Shown here: piece after piece, positions 1-10,479 of the stretch | How the letters are laid out: each line of letters opens with the position of its first letter | How positions within the stretch are numbered: the first letter of the stretch is position 1 | From: Octopus vulgaris | Lineage: Eukaryota | Direction: 5' to 3' | Length of the DNA stretch: 64,000 nucleotides | Assembly: GCA_951406725.2 (NCBI GenBank) | Contig: OX597817.1 | Location: 96,472,001-96,536,000 of the forward strand | Position numbers and translations under genes: made by a program | Notes under the pieces: generated by a model | Seen by the model: the letters and a program-made list of their open reading frames with translations, nothing else | The model's database searches: none | What the model was told of the DNA's origin: nothing

Positions 1-231
1 CACAGCATTTGTACTATTACTTGCTGTTGCCTTGCCTTCCACTCCTGTAATATAACGTTAGAATTTCAGCACTAACATTGACAGGACACAGCATTGGTAA
101 TTTCATTTCACTGTTACTTACTGATATTCTTAATCAAAAAAATGTCTCCTAAAAAAAGCCCATCAAAAACCATTGTTGGTACTCTTGAGTTTCAAGCGTG
201 ATGCTAGCAATCAGCTATTTTGAATTTGAAA

Positions 232-272
232 TGGCTGACGACTAGCATCATGCTTGAAACTCAAGAGTACCA
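232..272 (+). ncRNA. Minimal type I hammerhead-ribozyme-like motif (one half of an inverted pair)
   Basis: TGG-CTGACGA-ctAGCAtcaTGCTt-GAAA-CTCaaGAG-TA-CCA. Core CUGANGA and GAAA present, NUH=GUA, stem I UGG/CCA. The base of stem II is imperfect. Confidence 0.6.
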
Positions 273-354
273 ACGAATTTGAAACCCCCCCCCCACTATT
301 TTGATCCATACATGTGTGTCTGCATACATTTTTTGAGTGCATGTGCGCATGTAT

Positions 355-727
355 ACTCTTACTCTTTTACTTGTTTCAGTCATTTGACTGTGGCCATGCT
401 GGAGCACCGCCTTTAGTCGACCAAATCAACCCCAGGCCTTATTCTTTGTAAGCCTAGTACTTATTCTATCAGTCTCTTTTGCCAAACCGCAAAGTTATGG
501 GGATGTAAACACACCACCATCAGTTGTCAGGCGATGCTGGGGAACAAGCACAGACACAAACATATACATATACATGCTTTCAGTTTCTGTCTACCAAATC
601 CACTCAAGGCTTTGGTCGGCGCGAAACTATAGTAGAAGACACTTGCCCAAGGTGCCATGCAGTGGGACTGAACCTGGAACCATGTGGTTTGTTAGCAAGC
701 TACTTACCACATAGCCACTCCTACGCC
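355..727 (-). mobile_element. tRNA-derived SINE (possibly composite)
   Basis: Minus strand begins GGCGTAGGAGTGGCTATGTGGT (A-box-like) ... GGTTCAGTCCC (B-box-like). It ends CAGCATGGCCACAGTCAAATGACTGAAAC plus an AAAAGAGT-type tail. Related fragments lie near 6515-6625 and 7540-7610. Confidence 0.75.
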
Positions 728-1329
728 TATATATATCCTATATTCTACCAATACCACTATCAACACTTACCTCTACCTTGGATTTTCTTTACCTCTTGGA
801 TACTTCCCATTGGCTGCACCTCTCTTTCGCGGATCAAAGTGACTTTGCATTGATGTGAAATCCTTAAAAATTATACCACGACGTCTACACATTTCTCACC
901 TTGAACTTTCAACCTTGAACTTGTTCGCATAAACTGTCCCGGTTGTTGTATTTTTATTTTCTCTTATATTACCACTTTTTTTACATTCATTTCATGCTTT
1001 CCACATTTTCCTGCATATTTGTTCTCCTTTCCGTCTTTCTTCCCTCTCTGGATGTCCATACTCCGTTTCCTCTGCCTGCACCCTCCTTTTTTTGCCTCCC
1101 CTCTCTCTGCTTCCCATCTTTCTTTCCCTTTTCCGTTTGCCCCGTCTTTTCTGCCCCTATCGCTTACTTATCTAGTTTTTTCATACGATTATTATTTTTT
1201 TGTTTTTTTGAACGTTTGTTTTTTCCCCTTTTTTCGCTATCCTTTTTTTCTATTTTTTTCATACGATAATTTTTGTTTTTTTTTTTTTGTTTTTTTGTTT
1301 TTCGAACGTTTTTTTTCCGCTATCCCATC

Positions 1330-4210
1330 ATGCCGGATCCTAGGTCCTACCTCCTCACCCTCCATCACCGTTTGAAGGATCATCTCCGTTCGCTTCCTGT
1401 ATATTGCCTTCAGCCGTCCGTTAATCTCTCTCTACTTCTTTTTAAAAAAACCCGCTTCTCTAGCCATGTCTCTTTCCTAAGCCGCTGCCTACATCACCGA
1501 CTCATCCCTAAAGGTTTCCGCCTCCACTTCCACCCTGCTCTCCACTCGGATTCTTCCATCTTACCCATACTCCGCACCACATCTTACCGCCTTATGCGGG
1601 CCACCATTCGCTCCAATCTCTCCAAACTACATGCCATCAACCGCCTTCTTCCTCCTGCTTTCTCCACCTTCTTCTCCTCTCTGCCGCCTCTCTATGCTCC
1701 AAACACGCTACGCTTCATTATCCATTTGAATCAACTCTTCCATCAATTTCTTTCTGATACCAAACTTCGTAAACTCCAATCACTCTTCCATTCCACCCTA
1801 CCCGACGCGACTACCCCATCTCCTCCACCACCCTTCTACCCTCCCGATAGGCTCCATCCACCCACACCTAACCCCACTGCCCCTCCCTACAACCCCTTCT
1901 CCCCTCCCGTTAGGCTCCATCCACCTACACCTAACCCTACTGCCCCGCCCAACCACCCCCCACACACCTCCCCAATCCCTCCCCCTCAGACCTCCACGAG
2001 ACCTACCACCCCTCCTACTTCTATTCCACCCACCCCTTCTCCACTTCCGTCTGTTGTTACCATTCCCCCCGATCTTCCCCTCTCTGCAACTGAACGCTCC
2101 GTCCTTGGTAGGGGTCTGCGTTTCATCCCCTCACTCCATCCTGTAAGGAATTCCAGACGCGAGTTGATGTCCACAGCTTTGTGCGCCGTGTCCGGTTGGG
2201 TGCGCATTACCACGACTCGCCACCCACACCTAACGAAGAGGACTGCTTCACTGGCCTGGGCCGCCGACCATCCCCGTGGACGCCAGATCCTAGCAGTGGA
2301 TCTTTTCGCGGGCGCTTGTCAGCGTGCATTGGAGCGGTTCAACTTCTCCAGGCGCCAACGCCGCCTCAACATCTCCCCGGCTGAGCTCTTGGCTCTTCGT
2401 TCCCTCCAACGGCGCGCTGACATTATCATCAAACCGGCTGACAAGGGTGGAGCTGTAGTGGTGTGGCGCGCAGACCTCTATAGGGCCGAGGCTTTCCGCC
2501 AACTCAATGACACCTCCTTCTATTCCCCTCTGCCCTCTAACCCCACACGTAGCTACCAACAGACGGTATCCTCTACTGTCCAAGACCTCATCTCGTCCTC
2601 CAGTCTCCCCCGCACCGCATCCAACCTAATTGTGCGAACCCCACGTACCCCCACCATTTACTTCCTCCCCAAAATCCACAAACCCAACAACCCTGGCCGC
2701 CCCATCGTCTCCGCCTGTAACTGCCCCACGGAGCTCATCTCTAAATACCTCGACCGTGTCCTTGCCCCCCTAGTGGCATCTCTTCCCTCCCACATCCACG
2801 ATACCAACCATGCTCTCCGGCTTTTCAACTCTTTCTCCTTTCCTCCCGGCTCCTCCAAAATCCTTTTTACTATGGACATCCAAAGCCTCTATACTGTTAT
2901 CCCTCACCACGAAGGACTGCAGGCCCTTCGACACTTTCTTGACCTCCGCTCTAACCCTGTACCTGACACCTCCACACTCATTCATCTGGCCGAACTTGTC
3001 CTTACTCTGAACTGCTTCTCGTTCGCGGGCGAGTTCTACCATCAGGTCTCGGGAGTGGGCATGGGAACGCGAATGGGCCCCAACTATGCGAACCTGTTCG
3101 TTGGCTATGTTGAGGCCCAAATATTCTCTAATTTCACTGGTCCCACTCCTGAACTATATGGTCGTTACATTGACGACATTATCGGTGCCACTTCACTCTC
3201 CCGCGAACATCTAGATTCCTTCCTCTCTTTTGTCCAATCTTTCCATCCAGCCCTCCACTTCACTTCCACTATCTCCAACACCTCTGTCTCCTTCCTCGAC
3301 ATTTCGGTTAGCATTCTTCACTCCACTCTTACCACCTCCATTCACTACAAACACACAGACTCACACTCATACCTCAACTTCTCTTCCTCCCACCCAGAAC
3401 ACACCAAGCTTTCCATCCCCTATTCCCAATTCCTCCGTCTACGTAGGCTCTGTAATGACGGACCATGACTTTGAGACTCAGTCTCAACGTATGGCTCACC
3501 ACTTCACCCTACGTGGATACCCCCTCACCACTATCCACACCGCCCTTGCCAGAGCACGGTCCGTGGACCGTGTATCTGCTCTCTCTCCCCGAACCCGCCC
3601 TGTAGTCTCCCGCCTCCCTTTTCCCCTCACTTACCACCCCACGACCCTACGTCTCCAACGCACCATTCTTCGAGCTTTCCGTCATCTCCAGTCCGACCCG
3701 TCCACTTCACACCTCTTCCCTAACCGACCCCTCCCCTCTTTCAAACGAGCCCACAACCTTCGAGACCTTTTGGTCCATAGCTCCTTCCCTGACCCTACCT
3801 CCCAACCCGGCTCGTTCCCCTGCTCCCGCCCACGTTGCCGCACTTGCCCTTACCTCTCCAACACCACCCGCCTCACTAGCACCCACCATCGAGCCTATCC
3901 CATCATCCACTCCTTCACCTGCACCTCCAGCAATATTATCTATTGCATCTCTTGCTCTCTCTGCAATTCCTTGTACATCGGACAAACGGGACGCCGCTTG
4001 GCTGACCGGTTCGCGGAACACCTTCGTGACATCCACCTTGCGAACGACACACCGGTCTCACGCCATTTCCGCTCCACCGGTCACTCCTTGCAACACCTAT
4101 CTGTGTTCGGTTTGTCCTTACACAGAGGCCATCCGGATTCCCGTTTGCGCCGTGAACAGGAATTAATCTTCTCTCTTTGCTCTTATACGCCATTTGGTCT
4201 CAACTCTCCC
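1330..4210 (+). pseudogene. PLE RT/GIY-YIG polyprotein with frameshifts
   Basis: ATG at 1330. The conserved frame switches near 2130 and 2290 (ORF 2181..2384 carries the PLE-like F.RR.RL..H...PSPWTP segment) and again near 3460 (ORF 1273..3468 to ORF 3230..4537). Confidence 0.85.
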
Positions 4211-4990
4211 CCCTCCTCATCTAACCCCCCTCTCCCCCCTCCTCACCTATCCTTTCCCCCCGACCCCTACTTCTTCAGTCCTTCATCCTTTCACCCCTAC
4301 TCCCCTTCCCTCTTTCTCCCTCCCTCTTCCCCTTCCCTCTGCTCCCTCACTCCCTCTCTCCCCTTCTCTCTCCCCCTCTCCCTCTTTCCTCCTTCATCCC
4401 CCTCCTCCCCTTCCTTCTCCCCCATCCTCTCCTCTTCTCCCCCTCTCCCCCCTCTCCCCCTCTTCTCCTCACTACACCACATGACTTTACACATCACATC
4501 ACATATGATGTGCCATACTAATACATACACCAACTAATACATACTAATACGTACTAATACATACTAGTACATACTAATACATACACCAACCCTATACATA
4601 CACACATCCAGACCCCGCATACGCACTTATACTCTCTCATACACACACACACACACACTTATACATACTAATACGTACTAATACATACTAATACATACAC
4701 ACGCACGTCCAGACCAATCCTACGCACTAATACTCTCTCATACACACACACACCCTTATACATACTAATACATACACCAACCCTATACATACACACATCC
4801 AGACCCCTCCTACGCACTATTAGCTGGTCCCTCAACCCTATTATCAACCCTATTATCTCCCCTTATTTCGCTCTCGCGTCTCATGTTTGATCTTTGACCT
4901 CTGGCCGAAATCAGATCGCCATGTTGATTCGTTAGCTACTGCACGCATTTTTTTTCTCTCCTTCTTTCTGTGTTTTTTTTTCTCTGTGTA

Positions 4991-5028
4991 TCTTTCTGTT
5001 GAAGAGCGTAGGCTCGAAACGTTAAAGA
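4991..5028 (+). ncRNA. Minimal hammerhead-like motif in PLE 3' terminal region (variant core CUGUUGA)
   Basis: TCTTT-CTGTTGA-A-GAGC gtag GCTC-GAA-ACGT-T-AAAGA. Stem I 5 bp, stem II 4 bp, loop-less palindromic stem III. Confidence 0.65.
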
Positions 5029-5125
5029 CTTGTTTTATTTATATTTCCTGAGCGCCATACTAATACAATTGTTCGTTTGTTTTCCACCTGCCTTCGTCTT
5101 TTGTTTATTTTCATAAAGCTTCCCG

Positions 5126-5162
<37 letters not shown>

Positions 5163-5879
5163 TATGTATATATACATATATTTTTTCCACTAGTAAATTT
5201 AATTGCCTTTTGGACATACACATTTTTATATACAGCAATAATGGCTTTGTCACTGGTGATGCCTTCTCTGTATATCACAGAATTCTAATTCTATCCTGAA
5301 CCCCTCCAATCATGTTTACCATTCACTGCATTCTTCACCCTGTCCAGTTCTCTAAACCATTTAACTTATATTCAGCTCCCTGTACCTTGTGGGTGTGACC
5401 TAACACATCTTCCAGCATCTTCTCTTTCACTCACTCTCTCCTTTCTTCTCTCTCTTTCCAACTGATAATATATTGGTCATCTTATTCTGGTTCAGCAGTA
5501 GTCTAGCACTCTGTTTGATTGACCTCCTAGTGGCATCATTTATTTGTTAACTGTTCTGGTCACTTGTAGCAGTAGTCCAGCACTCCTGTTGGTTGATTTT
5601 TTTATATGTCATTTGCTTTTCAAATGTTTTAGTCACTTATTTTTGTCTGATAATTAATTGTCCAGTGTTCTGGTTTGCTGATTCCCTTAAAATGTCACTT
5701 GTTTTTCTGATGACCATTTGAAGGTATCGTTGTTTATTTTCTTTATCCTGTGGGTCCAGTTTTGATCCAAAAGAAAATCTAATTGATAACTCCTATATTT
5801 AATAGAGTTTTATATTTAATTGGCCATGGGCATGTAGTGTAGTGGTTAAGTGTGTGGGCTACTAGCCCCAAGATTCCGT

Positions 5880-5926
<47 letters not shown>

Positions 5927-7879
5927 GTATACACTTTATTTATGGATTAATGGTGCTACCAATAGTTTCATGCAAGAAAATTCACAATTGTCAAATGTTC
6001 CACTTCAGAATGTTGATAATCTGTCTCTATGTTCAACGAGACTACGTGAGATTATGCAGGATTTTAAGGAACTTTAAATATTGCTTTGGTTTTTAGATAA
6101 ACAGGGGAAGGGTGGTTACTCTTTTACAAACTTAAGTTATTTCTCTTGTATTAAACATGTTTTTTTTTTATTTTTGTAAGTGTTGATGGAGATTAAAAAT
6201 ATTTGTTGATCTTACGGTCAGCACAGTTTAATTGCACTATAAGATTCTTATATAAATGTGTACAACATATGTCACATACCTGCACTTTTGTGGATGAATG
6301 TGCAGGTGTAGACAAATTATTTTGTGGATTTACCAAGGTTTTAAACATTTACAAGTTTATGAATGTATATTTTGCAAATTGAATGGAATGATATCTTTAT
6401 GTTTTATATGTGTGCACAGCTTAGAATTCAAACATGACTTCCTGCTAAATGGAAGAACATAAACATACCAACACTAGTTGTCAAGCAGTAGAGAGGAGAC
6501 ACACACACATATACATGGGTCATCCTGAAGTTATAGTAAAAGACACTTACCCGAGGTGCCATGCAGTGGACTGAATCTGGAACCATGTGGATTGCAAGCA
6601 GATCTCTTACCACAGCTATGCCTAACATTATATCTGTTATATATTAAATTTATCCTTGCTGAATAGATGGTACGGTTGACAGTGGGTGATGCTTGATATT
6701 TTTCAGTTTAAATCGTTGTTTGTGTAAGCAAATGGTCAAAATGTTCAGGGATTGCATATGCTTCTCATCCTTTACATTTACTGGCCTTAGCTATGATGCT
6801 CTTCTTTATTTGGGGGTTGTCCACACTCCTTTTTCTAAGGTTTCATACCATATTAGAAAAAGCTGTTGTATGTCTTTTATTTCTATCTGTAAACAAAGTT
6901 AGGTGCTGCAGGTATTTTTCCTGAAAGCATTTCCAGTCATTCCATCATCAGCTTTTGTGGTCCCATTTATATCAGTGATATTGGTCTTGTAAATTGTTCT
7001 TTTTCCAGGCACATATTCAAAAGACAGTAACTGGGGAATCTACAGGACAAGATATATGTGAGGTGTTCCTATTGCTACCATTCTTATTGTGGTTAAAGAT
7101 CATCAAGCCTTTGGGAGACAACTATATAAACTTTAACCATGTTTCAAGTAAAGATCTTGTGATATTTATGTGAGCATGGAAAATTTCAGAAATCAATAGG
7201 TATCTTTTGAGGGTACTTCTTACATTGATAGAGACTCTGACTATCTGCCATCAATAATTAAGCAATTTGTAGTATTTAGTGTTTCCAACATATCCTCTGA
7301 TGAAACAAACTTCAAAAAATAGCCCTGTGTAGCAATACCTCCTTACAAAGATCCAATTTTAAGAACAATATACTGAACCAAACTTAGAAAAAAATTTTTG
7401 TCTAATCATTCATACAGCATGAACATGGCTATAAACATAGCTTGATGATTTCTGTTAATTTGTTTATGTTCTTGTAACTTAGTTGTTCTGCAACTAAGTA
7501 TAGTATTACTACCAAACAAGTAAGTACTGAAATTGATTTGTTTGAATAAGACTTTCACTGTACTATCCCAGCATGGATGCAGTCCAATGACTAAAACAAG
7601 TAAAAGATAAACTATGAAATGTATTTTTCATAATAATGTGTATTCAAAGTCATATGCTCTATATGCATATGTGCCATTTAGACATTTAATTCAACTCCTT
7701 TTGTTTCACATGTAGTATGTGCATATTTATCTGCCATTCAATTCAATATAATACCTTCCATAATTACTCTGTCATTTACTTCCTTGCCTTTGCTGTCTCA
7801 ATCATTGTTTCTCTCTTACTGTGTGAGTGTATGTGTAGTGTTCCATTACTCATTGCCTGCCATCAAGCCAAGCTTGTGT

Positions 7880-8170
7880 ATGCACTATGCACATATCGGG
7901 GTTAGATAAGACTTCCTCCCAGTCGATCATTTTGATCGGGTGAGGCTTAGTTTTTTTGGATGAGCGAAGACTAAGCTTAACGGTAGCTGATACAATTCTG
8001 TGGTCAGAGCCGACAGAACCAAAGGAAGAGTAGGATCTCGAGTCCTTAACACTATTGCGCCATTTCTTTCGAAAGATGAGGTAGTCAATTTGTGCCCTAT
8101 CACCAAGTGGGGACTCAAATGTCCAAAGTTGACCTTTTGGCCAAGTTTGGCCATGGGCTCTTAGGAGCCT
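7880..8170 (-). mobile_element. LINE fragment, C-terminal part of APE endonuclease (RTE-like)
   Basis: ORF 7850..8305 contains WTF....AQIDYLIFRKKWRNSVKDSRSY...GSDHRIV. Confidence 0.75.
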
Positions 8171-8233
8171 CGTTCGATTTGTTTTGCTCCGCCTCTGTTC
8201 TGTTTTTGTTTTTTCCAACGGATTTCCTATTTC

Positions 8234-8313
8234 TTCCTGAAGAGAAAGACACAATATGGTCTCCTTATTCAATCGGAATTTGGTAAATTGTGCCTTTCGA
8301 AACACGTGTAGAA
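8234..8313 (+). ncRNA. Type I hammerhead-ribozyme motif with intact core
   Basis: TTC-CTGAAGA-GAAAGACACAA-(33 nt)-TTGTGCCTTTC-GAAA-CACGTG-TA-GAA. Stem II pairs at 10 of 11 positions, stem III is palindromic, NUH=GUA. Confidence 0.75.
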
Positions 8314-8368
8314 TGCAATAAAACGATTTCTGTTCAATCTTCGTTCAACTCCATTTCTTCAATTCACT

Positions 8369-8404
<36 letters not shown>

Positions 8405-8444
8405 TCACACACACACATATGATGTCTTTGGCTTTTATTTCTAG

Positions 8445-8605
8445 AATTCCTTGGGTGCAGAAAATAATTGTCTGTGTTGCAAAAGAATATGTGGAGAGCT
8501 TTGAAGATTTAATTTGCCAGTATCATTTAGATAAAGTGGAAGTGACCGTTGCAGGCTTTTCCAGACATCAGTCAATTTTTAATGGCATTAAAAAAGTTTC
8601 TTTAG
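8445..8605 (+). CDS. CRPPA: CRPPA/ISPD internal exon A (first exon seen in window)
   Basis: Acceptor ttttatttctag|A and donor TTAG|gtaag. Encodes (R)IPWVQKIIVCVAKEYVESFEDLICQYHLDKVEVTVAGFSRHQSIFNGIKKVSL, resembling vertebrate ISPD ..WIKDIVVAV..AGVTRHRSIFNGLKAL. Its phase-1 end matches the next exon. Confidence 0.9.
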
Positions 8606-9750
8606 GTAAGCTATGATTTATTTTTTCTAATTTAACTGCTTATTTATTTGCACCACTGACAAGTTTATGCTCTTCTACTTCAATGGGGTTAAGCTCTGAT
8701 AACTTTCCATATTATTGTGCTGTTGTTAATTCATTTCAGATTATCGCTTCTTTTGTGAATGGAAAGCTCTACCAAGTGTCCAGCAAAATGTATTTATAAG
8801 ACAATCCCTAATAAACTAAGTTGTATCTCAGTTGTAGTGCCAATGCATCTTTCTTCACTTTTGGAATTTCTGGAAGTTGTCCATAGGACCTAGATTGAAA
8901 GTATTCCTGAACAGAACAACCAGTTGATATTCATCTTCAGAGTTTCTATGTGAACATTAATCCTCTGTAGAATGCCATGGAAGAACTTGCATTGACTGCA
9001 TTGCCTGATAAGTAGAGGCCTGTGACCAGCTGATGACATTCTACATAATGTCAAGACAAAGAGATGGTAACACACACACACACATACACATTTATTTTAC
9101 TTACAAATATAGCTTTTAAGCTTTAATTTTAATTTTTTGGCTTACTGCTATTATAATGGTTTTAATTCTTTGCATTTTCGTATTCTTGGTATATTCTATT
9201 TTTCACTCACTTTTGCAAAAAATTTTGAAATTCAACTGTTGTTTGTATTTATTTTCCCACTGTGGTCAATCCCCACTTGCATCCAGTTAATATTTTTTTT
9301 AATTAGTTACCCAGTCAAATTTAAATGCCTATTTGTTGAACTGTTAACCATAAATAATTCTATATGTACTCACAATTTATAAAATTTCATTGCCAGCCAT
9401 TATCTCAATTGTCTTATGAACAGCCACATGAAACTCTGAGTAATAGTTTGTGAATTTTATTTCAACTTTAATAAGATATGATATATATATATATATATAT
9501 ATATAGTTGATTAAATATATCCTTTGGAAACAAGGTGTACTGGATGTCAATTAAGTGCTCTAATATGGAATAAGTCTAAAATCTTAAAAGATATTTAGAG
9601 ATTCATGAGAGTGATTATATATTAGGGAGTAAAATAGTGGAATAGTTATATCTTAAAAATCATAATAAAGGTAAGTATATGATATTAGAAATATTGTATT
9701 AAATAAAGTAGAGCTATGATTATTAAAAAGTTTTAAAACATTTAAAAGTT

Positions 9751-9836
9751 CTTACAATCGTTTCGTGAATATACTTCCTCTTAAAATGAAATCTGAAGTT
9801 GATAAGCATCATTGGGAAGTATATCCACTCAGAGAA
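9751..9836 (-). ncRNA. Degenerate hammerhead-like motif (core partly deleted)
   Basis: Minus strand: tctCTGA-GTGGATATACTTCC-(loop)-GGAAGTATATTCAC-GAAACGATTGTAAG. 14-bp stem II with one G:U. The core reads CTGA rather than CTGATGA. Confidence 0.45.
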
Positions 9837-10479
9837 TCGAGTTGAAAGGATGAATTTTGGTGGAGGAAATTGAATGAAGAAAATGCTGTTTAAATCAAAT
9901 TAGGAAAATGTTGTTTGAAAAATTATTGGTATTCATATATTTGTGTTGGTATAAATTTGAGCTAAAACTCTAAAAAAGTAGAATAAATCTGTAGTAAAAA
10001 TCCGTGATGGATGTGTAAAGATAGAATTCCTATGATCCATTCCTTCTTCCGTGTGTAATCAATAAATGCAAGAGAATAAAAGTGATTATTTGTTGCTTTT
10101 ATTATTATTGAGATAAAACCAGAAGATACCATTATTAATATATATTTTATGCAAATGTAGATATAGTTGTGTATTGACTTGATATAGAGTGAATTAATGT
10201 ATTATATTTAAAGTGAATTAGTTATATATCAAAAGAGTACGGGTTCAAGTTTCAAGAGGATAAATTCTAAGTATTTATTTAATGGATAATCTGTATCTTT
10301 TGAATATATTTGTTTGATTTAAAATAATTTAATTTTAAGTTGTTTTTTTTTTACTTAGAATAATCTTGGTATTTTATTATGATAATGAAATATGAAATAC
10401 AAAATTCTAATGCAAAGCTTTTCTTAATGATCTCTTATATTTAATTAACTATATATATCGAGCTCTCTCTATATAAAGA

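Larger units (their letters stand above)
735..5128 (+). mobile_element. Near full-length Penelope-like retroelement (Neptune-like: RT, Cys knuckle, C-terminal GIY-YIG)
   Basis: RT motifs IIIKPADKGGAVVV, YFLPKIHK..PGRPIVS, MDIQSLYT, GVGMGT, YGRYIDD. Then CSRPRCRTC and GIY-YIG NIIYCISC..LYIGQTGRRLADRFAEH. The 3' region holds a hammerhead-like motif. (TA)n at both ends. Confidence 0.93.

Noticed and set aside
640-727. tRNA gene (also 5822-5880 and 6540-6625)
   Set aside because: A/B-box-like heads continue into SINE body sequence and do not form a complete cloverleaf.
943-1375. Phe-rich ORFs resembling membrane proteins (also 22732..23103 and 43796..44136)
   Set aside because: Products of T-rich low-complexity UTR sequence or the antisense strand of A-rich TE sequence.
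4210-4537. Pro/Ser-rich C-terminal extension of ORF 3230..4537
   Set aside because: Read-through into a CT-rich low-complexity 3' tract after the GLN motif that normally ends the PLE GIY-YIG domain.
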